Source: a virus
DNA length: 64,000 nt
IMG/VR virus record: IMGVR_UViG_3300021959_000011
Location: 32,001-96,000 of that record
Strand: one strand, 5' to 3'
The number at the start of each line of letters is the position of its first letter. Position 1 is the stretch's first letter. Of this stretch, positions 22,767 to 30,996 are shown piece by piece. A model generated the notes under the pieces. That model had not been told where the DNA came from. It did no database searches and was given only the letters and a program-made list of their open reading frames with translations. The position numbers and the translations under genes are program-made.

Positions 22767-24272
22767 CTATGGATTTAAATCTATTTTGGGTGCTTTTATT
22801 GTAGTGTTACCCCCACTTTTAGTATCGATAGTACTTCCTGCACCTATTAATGCAGTACCACCAACAACAACTTGCCAATAACCATCCACTACAATATTTA
22901 AATTTCCCTTTACGTGTATATTTTTGTCACCATGTACAATATCGAAATTACTACCAATAGTTCTTTCTACAATATCGCCGTTTGGATGATATTCTTCAAA
23001 CGAACCACTTCTATGATATGTGTGCAATCTTTCTGCGCCGGGCGTATCATCCATTTCAATCAAATGTCCTGAACGAGAATATGTTGCAGTATTATATGGA
23101 TACTGTGGCGCAGCTGGTGATTCTGGTTCTCCAAATAAATCATTTGATGTAACTGGAGTTTTATTCTCTACTGGTTCTGTTGTATCTAATTCTTGTTGAG
23201 TTGAATGTTGTGGTAAATCCGACAACTGGGCCCTAGACTGTCCAGTAGAACCTGATGTGCCACTACGAGAACTACCAGATGATGCAGCTTGACTAGTTGT
23301 GGTTGTAGATGCACGATTTCTTTCACTTGCGGTTTCTCTCTGTACTAATTGATCCGTTGATGTTTCTGGAGATAATGCAGCTGGTGGTACATTACCATCT
23401 GTACCACCAGAATTAAACATTGCAACTTCTTGTTGTCTACGTCTTGCAAGGCCAGGCAATACTTTACCAGATGCTTTATTGTATTGCAACATTTTATTTG
23501 CAATAGTCGCATTGTCTCGCGTACCATTTGCAGTCAATGTATCTATACTGCCGGGCCCAAGGTTGTATGCAAAAGAAGTAAGTGCATCTACTTGTCTATC
23601 ATTCCAATCATATCCATATTTATTTTTTCTTGCGATAACTCCAGCACGAAATTTTGCAATATTTACTTCTAGTCTACGGGTTGCTTCGGCTTCATCGATA
23701 ACTTCGCCTTTGAAGTTTGCCTTAGTGCCATACCCAATAGATTCTTGTTTATGATCCCAGAATGACTTTGCAGAAAATCCTTCTTGTTGTTTCAAAAAGT
23801 CAGTTAACTCTGCACTTCCTGCATTAGATAGTTGTTCTGGTGTTGCGGTTGTATCACCTTGTGCATATCCCGCTGTACCTTCTGAAACAGAATCTGGGGA
23901 TGCTGCACCACTAAGTACTTTAAGTGCGCCAGGCACCTGTGAACCCCTTCCAGAACGGTTTCCGTCTGGTGAAACTTGTTTGCCTGGAACTGTACCCCAA
24001 ATAATTGGGTCTTGTGCATATTCTCCATCTCTAAAAAATCCTAAACACCAAGAACCTTCAATTACACCAGTTGGTGAAATTCCAATACCCCCAGCAGACG
24101 CACTATTCATTGGCATTATTGGACTTGCCCATGGTAATTCTTCTGTTTGCACGAATTCTTCGTGATATCCAATAATACGAATTCTCACACGGCCCAATTT
24201 TTCTGGGTCGTTAACGTCCTCCACAACGCCAGTCCACCACACAAAATTGTCTTTGCCAGCAAAATTTAACAT
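22767..24272 (-). CDS. gp5: Baseplate hub spike (OB fold, lysozyme domain, short beta-helix)
   Basis: WWTGVVEDVNDPEKLGRVRIR OB fold; EGF...WD...SIGYG and GLARRRQQE lysozyme motifs; SGHLIEMDDTPGAERL. Confidence 0.9.
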   Translation of the reverse strand: MLNFAGKDNFVWWTGVVEDVNDPEKLGRVRIRIIGYHEEFVQTEELPWASPIMPMNSASAGGIGISPTGVIEGSWCLGFFRDGEYAQDPIIWGTVPGKQVSPDGNRSGRGSQVPGALKVLSGAASPDSVSEGTAGYAQGDTTATPEQLSNAGSAELTDFLKQQEGFSAKSFWDHKQESIGYGTKANFKGEVIDEAEATRRLEVNIAKFRAGVIARKNKYGYDWNDRQVDALTSFAYNLGPGSIDTLTANGTRDNATIANKMLQYNKASGKVLPGLARRRQQEVAMFNSGGTDGNVPPAALSPETSTDQLVQRETASERNRASTTTTSQAASSGSSRSGTSGSTGQSRAQLSDLPQHSTQQELDTTEPVENKTPVTSNDLFGEPESPAAPQYPYNTATYSRSGHLIEMDDTPGAERLHTYHRSGSFEEYHPNGDIVERTIGSNFDIVHGDKNIHVKGNLNIVVDGYWQVVVGGTALIGAGSTIDTKSGGNTTIKAPKIDLNP

Positions 24273-24292
24273 TTAAACTCCATAGTTTATAT

Positions 24293-24300
24293 TATTTATA
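24293..24300 (-). promoter_or_regulatory. T4-type late promoter between the two gp5 paralogues
   Basis: Exact TATAAATA. Confidence 0.7.
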
Positions 24301-25137
24301 TCATGGATTTTGATGTATAGTTGGTGCAAGTATAGTTACTGTACTACCACCTAATACTTCAAATGTTCCTGATATACTATATTCTATCTTATCCCCAACT
24401 TTAATATTGAGATTTCCCTCGACAATATAATTGCAATTACCACCTACATGCATATCATAATCTCCATGCACGACTTCAAAACTACTACCAACTGTTCTTT
24501 GTGTAACATCACCATTAGGTTGATACTCTTGTGACGAACCACTTCTATGGTAATTATGAATTCTTTCTGATCCTGCACTATCGTCAATTTCTTTGATGTG
24601 TCCAGACCTAGATGATTCAACCATATTTGATGGATATACTATTCCAATATCACTTTTTGGTTCATTACCTAGAGTACTATTCTTTTTTGTTTCGTGTATA
24701 GTTTCATCCAATTTATTAGTTGTTGCAAGTCTATTTAAATCAGATTCTTCAACAGTACTACCACCATAAAGAGAACCTTTTTCAGATGGATATATAGTGT
24801 CTGGGTCTTGAAATCCAACAGTTGCATCACTGTTAGACTTTTGTGGTTTGCCAGGCACAGTACCCCAAATCAAAGGTTCTTGAGCATATTCACCATCTCT
24901 GAAAAATCCTATAACCCATGAACCATTCGTAACACCAGTAGGAGATGTACCAATTCCATTCAAAGATGCACTGGTAACTGGCATAAGTGGACTTGCCCAC
25001 GGTAACTTGTCTGTAGGTAACAGTCCAGTATCTTCATTATGAATACCAAATATTCTAACCCTTACTCTACCAAGGCCTTCTGGGTCAAAAATATCTTCAA
25101 CCACACCTTGAAACCATACGAAATCATAAAGATTCAT
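24301..25137 (-). CDS. gp5: Second gp5 paralogue lacking the lysozyme domain
   Basis: WFQGVVEDIFDPEGLGRVRVR, GFFRDGEYAQEP, SGHIKEIDDSAGSERI; colinear with 22767-24272 apart from the enzyme insert. Confidence 0.85.
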   Translation of the reverse strand: MNLYDFVWFQGVVEDIFDPEGLGRVRVRIFGIHNEDTGLLPTDKLPWASPLMPVTSASLNGIGTSPTGVTNGSWVIGFFRDGEYAQEPLIWGTVPGKPQKSNSDATVGFQDPDTIYPSEKGSLYGGSTVEESDLNRLATTNKLDETIHETKKNSTLGNEPKSDIGIVYPSNMVESSRSGHIKEIDDSAGSERIHNYHRSGSSQEYQPNGDVTQRTVGSSFEVVHGDYDMHVGGNCNYIVEGNLNIKVGDKIEYSISGTFEVLGGSTVTILAPTIHQNP

Positions 25138-25144
25138 TCATCAC

Positions 25145-26359
25145 CTATTTTGTTGGTTGTGGTTGCGGTAATGGTTTATCTGTGGAATCTCTTACACATT
25201 CCATATCTATGTAATACGCTTCTTGTTCAAATCTATGCTTGACTGCAGATACTAACCAATTCCCAGATAAATAATTGTTTACCGCACCATCACCTAGTGG
25301 ACTAAATACAGGAAAAGTTAAATTTACCGTATCACCAGAACCCAATTCGGTATCTCCAAATACAGTCAAATCCATCTTTAAATTATTAAATAACTGTAAT
25401 TGCGCCCTACGTTTTAAATTAGTTTCTTTGTTGTTATATGTCAAAAATGGATTTTCTGGTAATACATATAAATTTGCAGGGTTGTATTGTGTACCTTGAC
25501 CACTGATATCAAATAATGGATTATTTGTTAAATGTGGAACATTTTGATACTCATCCCAAAAACTGTAAGAAATGTCTTTAAAACTTCTTGTAATAAGGTC
25601 TACAGTGATTGCTCTACTATTATACATACCTGATAAAATGTTTTGTACCACATCAAATGAAGATTTTAACCTATAATTTTGAATAATTTTATCTTCAAAG
25701 TTTGGATCTCCAACGACATTAGGTGGTTGTGCCTTATATTCAATTTTGGGAGATGCTTGAACTAACTCAGATAATGGTGAGAATACATAATTATCTTTAC
25801 TTTCATAGAAAACATAATTGGCTGCGTCACCTTTATATGCCTTTTCTGTCATCCAATTACAAGTTCTAAATGCAGTAAAATTTGGAATAACAATTTTTTG
25901 TTCGTCATCACTAGAAACTGCTGAAACTGGTTTACTTGCACCCATCAAACTCAATACCTGACTGGCAATATCAGATGATGGGCCCTCAAAGTATTGCGAT
26001 ATTTTTGTTTGGAAATTTAAGATATAATCTAATGTTACCAATTCTAATATGAATTTAGTTGACATATTATCTCGTTCAAAACCAACAATCTTATGCACAA
26101 CCATATGTAAATCTATTTGTTTTCTGCCGCCAGGATGGTCAACAGAAATTATAACTTCTTCTTGACCAATAATCGGCAAAATTGTAACTAAATCTTCTGT
26201 TGTTACAATACCCAAACGGGCAGTCATAGATGTGGAGTATATATCTTCATATATTTCTAAAGACGCCATAACTTGTCTCAAGTCCATAACAAACCCATTA
26301 TGTGACTTTATAGACAATGTAACTAATTCATATTGACCTGCTGCAACAATTCCTGTCAT
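25145..26359 (-). CDS. Baseplate hub protein (gp27-like)
   Basis: IYEDIYS...LPIIGQE and LSGNWLVSAVKH motifs; position between gp53 and gp5. Confidence 0.6.
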   Translation of the reverse strand: MTGIVAAGQYELVTLSIKSHNGFVMDLRQVMASLEIYEDIYSTSMTARLGIVTTEDLVTILPIIGQEEVIISVDHPGGRKQIDLHMVVHKIVGFERDNMSTKFILELVTLDYILNFQTKISQYFEGPSSDIASQVLSLMGASKPVSAVSSDDEQKIVIPNFTAFRTCNWMTEKAYKGDAANYVFYESKDNYVFSPLSELVQASPKIEYKAQPPNVVGDPNFEDKIIQNYRLKSSFDVVQNILSGMYNSRAITVDLITRSFKDISYSFWDEYQNVPHLTNNPLFDISGQGTQYNPANLYVLPENPFLTYNNKETNLKRRAQLQLFNNLKMDLTVFGDTELGSGDTVNLTFPVFSPLGDGAVNNYLSGNWLVSAVKHRFEQEAYYIDMECVRDSTDKPLPQPQPTK

Positions 26360-26361
26360 AA

Positions 26362-26916
26362 TTAATCCTTCATCGACTCAGCAAACTTTTCAACAAAATC
26401 CACTAATACACTTTTTCTCAATAATCTAATAACTCTATTTTTTTCATTTTTTTCATTTTCCATCACATATGCACTATATGGTAAATATTTTTCTGCTGCA
26501 GGGTCTTTTTTTTCTACCATTCTTTCATATGTTTGTTTATTGATAATAGTGTTCCACTGTTTATCGTAATAATGAATGATAGTACTTTCTGCATTTTGAA
26601 TTGTTTTATACTTACTCTTTATCATTGCATCAAATCTGGCGGTTGAAAGTGGCCATTCATCCCTGTAATTAATAATATCATTCATCATCAATATAACCCA
26701 ATAATAATTTGAATCGTCATAGTAAAGCTCGGAAATAATCTGTGGGGTCTCACCATCTTTTATTGTATATTCATAGTGACTATCGGGGTTTTGTTTAAAT
26801 GCATCAACTACAATTGCTTTGTTAAATATGTTTTTTACTTTTTTGGGTTTGCCATTATAAAACATATCATAATGAATATTATTAATTTTTTCGAACATAT
26901 ACGGTGTAGTTGCCAT
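26362..26916 (-). CDS. gp53: Baseplate wedge subunit (LysM-like)
   Basis: YTIKDGETPQIISELYYDDSNYYWVILMMNDI..EWP motif. Confidence 0.9.
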   Translation of the reverse strand: MATTPYMFEKINNIHYDMFYNGKPKKVKNIFNKAIVVDAFKQNPDSHYEYTIKDGETPQIISELYYDDSNYYWVILMMNDIINYRDEWPLSTARFDAMIKSKYKTIQNAESTIIHYYDKQWNTIINKQTYERMVEKKDPAAEKYLPYSAYVMENEKNEKNRVIRLLRKSVLVDFVEKFAESMKD

Positions 26917-26917
26917 C

Positions 26918-27751
26918 TTAATATCCCTCGTCTATATTTTTCTTGACTACCTGTTCCAATTCTAAAAATGTTAAATTCATAGAAACGTTAGTTGGTTTGC
27001 CATCAAAGAATAATCCAAATGATCCATCTCCCCCATAACTAATTTCACAAGAAGTTAATGCACAGGGTTTAAATTTGTGTAGAGTAGTCAGACTACCATT
27101 TGCAGAAGATAATATATATTCTATTTCAAATATATCTGGAATTGTATAAAACCCCACCTTACCTTCTGCAAAATCTGGTAACATGTGTTTTCTAAAAACT
27201 TTTGTTATCTTTTCAATTTCTTGACTTTCTTTTTCGTTTTTTGCGACAAATTTATATTGAAATTGAAATTGTCTAAATTCAATACCATTGAATAATTGAT
27301 AACGAGATGCATTGGATGCAACTCCTTTTTGAAATTGTGCTCTGGCTTCGCCCAAATTATTTAATAACATATTTGAAGCTTCTCTGGTAATTGTTTCTAT
27401 TCCCATACCAACCAATTCTCCAACAGATGCATCACCTTTTGCCATGATTGCACCAATACCAGAAGTCATTTCATAATTTGCAGTCTGATTCAGAGAAACA
27501 TTCTCTGGTACATAGAGACTCACATTTGCAATCGCCCTCTGATCTGCAGCCTGAGTTGCCTGTTGAGTATCAGTATGTACAACTTCTTTTTTGGTGACAG
27601 CACGATAATTGATAAAACTATGCAATTCCCCGTCCATTTGACCCAAATCTAAGGGATATTTAAATCCTGGCGCTCCAGTAGAGGCATATTTGTTATTAGA
27701 TTTTTGCTGCATAACTTTTGCAGGCCCATCATTAAAGTTTAGACTTACCAT
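26918..27751 (-). CDS. gp48: Baseplate tail-tube cap
   Basis: FNGIEFRQFQFQYKF, KFKPCALTSCEISY, LTFLELE. Confidence 0.85.
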   Translation of the reverse strand: MVSLNFNDGPAKVMQQKSNNKYASTGAPGFKYPLDLGQMDGELHSFINYRAVTKKEVVHTDTQQATQAADQRAIANVSLYVPENVSLNQTANYEMTSGIGAIMAKGDASVGELVGMGIETITREASNMLLNNLGEARAQFQKGVASNASRYQLFNGIEFRQFQFQYKFVAKNEKESQEIEKITKVFRKHMLPDFAEGKVGFYTIPDIFEIEYILSSANGSLTTLHKFKPCALTSCEISYGGDGSFGLFFDGKPTNVSMNLTFLELEQVVKKNIDEGY

Positions 27752-27776
27752 CTTGAGCTCCTAAATAGTATAATTA

Positions 27777-27784
27777 TATTTATA
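27777..27784 (-). promoter_or_regulatory. T4-type late promoter for the baseplate operon (divergent region)
   Basis: Exact TATAAATA upstream of gp48. Confidence 0.75.
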
Positions 27785-27807
27785 ATACATTATTAAGGAT
27801 TTGAATT

Positions 27808-28251
27808 TTGCACAAAAGATTCACATATAAAGGTAAGTTCAAACCAATAAATCCCCACAAATACGCTGGTGACGTAAAAAATATTGTATTTCGTTCACTA
27901 TGGGAACGTAGATTCATGAAATATTGTGACACAAATAGAAATGTTATTGCATGGAACAGTGAAGAAGTAGTAATACCATACAAATCGCCAATCGATGGAA
28001 AATATCATAGATATTATCCAGACTTTTTAATAAGAATAAAGTCATCAAATGACACAAAAAAGACGATATTGATAGAAGTCAAACCGAAAAAAGAAACAAG
28101 GCCTCCCAAAAAAAGAAAAAAGACTGTTAGATATCTACAAGAAGTAAAAACGTGGGGAGTAAATGAGGCAAAATGGAAAGCTGCAGAAGAATATTGTAAA
28201 GACCGTAAGTGGGAATTTAAGATTCTTACAGAAGATCATCTTTTGCCCTGA
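27808..28251 (+). CDS. gp4: Head completion nuclease (TnsA-like)
   Basis: YKGKFKPINPHKYAGD, RSLWER, HRYYPDF, IEVKP, NEAKWKAA. Confidence 0.95.
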   Translation: MHKRFTYKGKFKPINPHKYAGDVKNIVFRSLWERRFMKYCDTNRNVIAWNSEEVVIPYKSPIDGKYHRYYPDFLIRIKSSNDTKKTILIEVKPKKETRPPKKRKKTVRYLQEVKTWGVNEAKWKAAEEYCKDRKWEFKILTEDHLLP

Positions 28252-28260
28252 TATTTTAAT

Positions 28261-28268
28261 TATAAATA
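28261..28268 (+). promoter_or_regulatory. T4-type late promoter
   Basis: Exact TATAAATA upstream of gp2. Confidence 0.75.
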
Positions 28269-28286
28269 GTCTAAAACGAGGTTTAT

Positions 28287-28865
28287 ATGGCGAATTTTGA
28301 TGTACTAATCAATCGAATGCTGCGTTCTGGTGTAAAACCAAATACAAATGCAGCAAGAGAATGGTTTAGAAAAAAAATTAGAGAGACTAGAGTGAATAGA
28401 CAAAAATTGTTGTCTGATTCTAATAGGAGTTCATCAACTCCTACTATTGGTCGCATGTATTGTTATTCTTATAATCCAAAACATGCAAAAACATTACCAT
28501 ATTATGATGAATTTCCTTTAATTTTTGTCGTAGAAAGGTTTAGTGGTGGATTCTTAGGTATTAATTTGCACTATGTACCACCAAGAACAAGAATTATACT
28601 TATGGAAGCACTTACTGATATTGCAAATAATAAAAAATATGATGAAACAACTAGACTTATGTTGTCATATAGAGCATTAAAACAACTTTCCAAATTTAAT
28701 GTTGTAAAACCATGCATCAAAAAGTATTTGTTTAGTCAAGTAAGAAGTAAATTTGTAAAAATAGATGCAAATGAATGGGATCTTGCAATATTTTTACCAG
28801 TACAGAAATTTAAAAAGGCTGCACCATCAACTGTATGGTCGCAATCCGCTTTAAAAAGTAGATAA
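28287..28865 (+). CDS. gp2: DNA end protector protein
   Basis: YNPKHAKTLPYYDEFPL, GFLGINLHY motifs. Confidence 0.95.
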   Translation: MANFDVLINRMLRSGVKPNTNAAREWFRKKIRETRVNRQKLLSDSNRSSSTPTIGRMYCYSYNPKHAKTLPYYDEFPLIFVVERFSGGFLGINLHYVPPRTRIILMEALTDIANNKKYDETTRLMLSYRALKQLSKFNVVKPCIKKYLFSQVRSKFVKIDANEWDLAIFLPVQKFKKAAPSTVWSQSALKSR

Positions 28866-28876
28866 GAGGAATTTAA

Positions 28877-29803
28877 ATGTATAAGCCTGGATTTAGTGTA
28901 GAAGATTTTCGTAATGGTATTGCGCGTACTGGATTATCCAGAGCAAATAAATATGTGTTGAAAATATCTCCCCCGCCCAAGTTGGTTGGTAAACTAGAAA
29001 GTAGAAATCTAGAAGAAATATTTCTTAGAATTGACACAGTAGAATTGCCCGGCAAATCTCTTGCAACTTCAGAGGTTAAGTACTATGGGCCCCCAAGAAA
29101 ATCTCCATATGGAATGACATATGAAGATTTAAATTGCACACTTATGTTGTCTGCAAATATACGTGAAAGATATATTTTCAGTCAATGGATGAATGCGATA
29201 TACGATTATGAAACTGCAAGACTAGAATATTTTGAGAACTATACGACAGACTTAGAATTTATAACTTACAGTGAAGATGGAAACCCGTTAGCTACTACAA
29301 AGTTTGAAGAGGCATACCCATTGTCTATTGGTGCGATTAATTTTGCATATTCAAACGAAGATGTTGCAAGGATGCCACTAACATTCGCATATAGAAAGTG
29401 GGTAGAAACCGCGCCAGTTAAATTGAGTGGTGCGGTATCTCCATACGGTAGTCTTGCAAACGCACAGCAGTATTTATCATCAGAAGAATATGGAAATTCT
29501 TTTGAAAGATTTATTAATCAAGCCGAATCAAGTAGTCCATTCGGACAGATAGCTTCGGGATTTGCAAAACTAGGTGGGGTGGATGCATCATTAAATTCCG
29601 TAGTAAATAACATGAGTAGTATACTAAACGAACCATTTAGTGCAGTACAAGACTTTGGTAACAAGATAACTGCATCATTAAACGAACCATTTAAAGAATT
29701 TGGTAATTTACAAAATAGAATTAGTCAATTTAATCCAGTTAGTAGATTACAAAGTCAGGCGAACAATTTTGTCAAGAAAAGATTTGGTGGACTTTTCGGA
29801 TAA
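28877..29803 (+). CDS. gp54: Baseplate tail-tube initiator (gp19/gp54 fold) with C-terminal extension
   Basis: ELPGKSLAT, EAYPLSIGAINFAY, TFAYRKW; synteny gp2-gp54-gp26. Confidence 0.75.
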   Translation: MYKPGFSVEDFRNGIARTGLSRANKYVLKISPPPKLVGKLESRNLEEIFLRIDTVELPGKSLATSEVKYYGPPRKSPYGMTYEDLNCTLMLSANIRERYIFSQWMNAIYDYETARLEYFENYTTDLEFITYSEDGNPLATTKFEEAYPLSIGAINFAYSNEDVARMPLTFAYRKWVETAPVKLSGAVSPYGSLANAQQYLSSEEYGNSFERFINQAESSSPFGQIASGFAKLGGVDASLNSVVNNMSSILNEPFSAVQDFGNKITASLNEPFKEFGNLQNRISQFNPVSRLQSQANNFVKKRFGGLFG

Positions 29804-29831
29804 ATATAATTATTGAATTGAGGAGTATAGA

Positions 29832-30569
29832 ATGTCTTTACCTATTATTAACCAACCAACATATGAGTTGACTTTACCATCAACAAATAAAACATTAAGA
29901 TTTAGACCTTTTTTGGTAAAAGAAGAAAAAATTCTTTTAATGGCCCAAGAGGGGGGAGATATCGATGAACAGATTGAATCAGTAAAACAGATAGTAAGAA
30001 ATTGTATTGTTTCTGATACTAATGTAGATACTATGTCAACATTTGATATTGAATATCTTTTTATTAAAATTCGTAGTAAATCTGTCGGAAATATTATTAA
30101 TCTAAATTATAAATTTGATAACTGCACAGCAGAGTTAAATGATGATAGTACTGTACCAAGAATTTGCGAAGTACCATTTGAATTAGACTTAGATGAAGTA
30201 GTAGTTAAAACCGAAGGAGAGCACAATAACATTATCAACATAACCGACGATGTTGGTGTTGTGATGAAATATCCAGATTTTAAATTATTAAGTAAAATCG
30301 CATCAATGAATAATTATGATGAACTAATTGATGTTGTTGGTAATTGTGTAAAAATGATTTTTATGGGAGATGAAACATATGACCCCAGTGAATATAAATC
30401 AGAAGAATTGAGAAATTTCTTTGAGAGTTTGAGTCAGGAACAATTTCAAAAAGTTAGTAATTTTTTTGAAACAATGCCACAAACAATGGCAAATGTTCGT
30501 ATACAATGTAAAAAATGCGGAAAGATGGAAAATATTGAATTAAAAGGTATATCGGATTTTTTCGAATAA
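29832..30569 (+). CDS. gp26: Baseplate hub assembly protein
   Basis: LPIINQPTYELTLPS, FRPFLVKEEKILLMA, FDIEYLFIKIRSKSVG, FFETMP. Confidence 0.9.
   Translation: MSLPIINQPTYELTLPSTNKTLRFRPFLVKEEKILLMAQEGGDIDEQIESVKQIVRNCIVSDTNVDTMSTFDIEYLFIKIRSKSVGNIINLNYKFDNCTAELNDDSTVPRICEVPFELDLDEVVVKTEGEHNNIINITDDVGVVMKYPDFKLLSKIASMNNYDELIDVVGNCVKMIFMGDETYDPSEYKSEELRNFFESLSQEQFQKVSNFFETMPQTMANVRIQCKKCGKMENIELKGISDFFE
30557..30563 (+). other. Slippery heptamer T TTT TTC, probable programmed -1 frameshift site
   Basis: X XXY YYZ in the correct phase one codon before the gp26 stop; -1 frame open to 30739. Confidence 0.65.
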
Positions 30570-30739
30570 CTTTATATCATGAAAGTTTGGGGTCTCTCTA
30601 CCAAACAAATTTTTCTCTTATGCAATATCATAAATATAGTTTAACAGAACTAGAAAATATGATTCCTTGGGAACGTGAAATATATGTATCGTTATTAGTT
30701 AACTATTTGCGTGAACAAGAACAGAAACAAAAAGGCTAG
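30563..30739 (+). CDS. gp51: gp51-like baseplate hub assembly catalyst, in the -1 frame of gp26
   Basis: Hand translation RITLYHESLGSLYQTNFSLMQYHKYSLTELENMIPWEREIYVSLLVNYLREQEQKQKG*; missing from the ORF track; first ATG at 30620. Confidence 0.8.
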   Translation, partial: RITLYHESLGSLYQTNFSLMQYHKYSLTELENMIPWEREIYVSLLVNYLREQEQKQKG

Positions 30740-30747
30740 AGGATAAT

Positions 30748-30996
30748 ATGGAAATGACAGAAAACAGAGATAATAAATATCAAAATTGGATCGATTTGGC
30801 AAAGGCCGTCGATTCGTGGAGAATCTTTCCAAGACTTTTTATTACGACATACATTTATTTACTGTATGCAGTAGTAAATTGGTTCATGACATTAGACACA
30901 CCAAATTTAGAACAATCTGGTTTGGTTAGTATCGTTGTCGGTGCCGGTGCTGCATGGTTTGGATTATATTTGGGTTCAAGTAAAAAGGCTGAATAA
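30748..30996 (+). CDS. Small two-TM membrane protein
   Basis: DSWRIFPR followed by two hydrophobic helices; TAATG coupling to the next gene. Confidence 0.7.
   Translation: MEMTENRDNKYQNWIDLAKAVDSWRIFPRLFITTYIYLLYAVVNWFMTLDTPNLEQSGLVSIVVGAGAAWFGLYLGSSKKAE

Noticed and set aside
29583-29695. Short direct repeats (TAAACGAACCATTTA, TGCATCATTAAA)
   Set aside because: They encode an LNEPF protein repeat in the gp54 tail; not CRISPR or attachment sites
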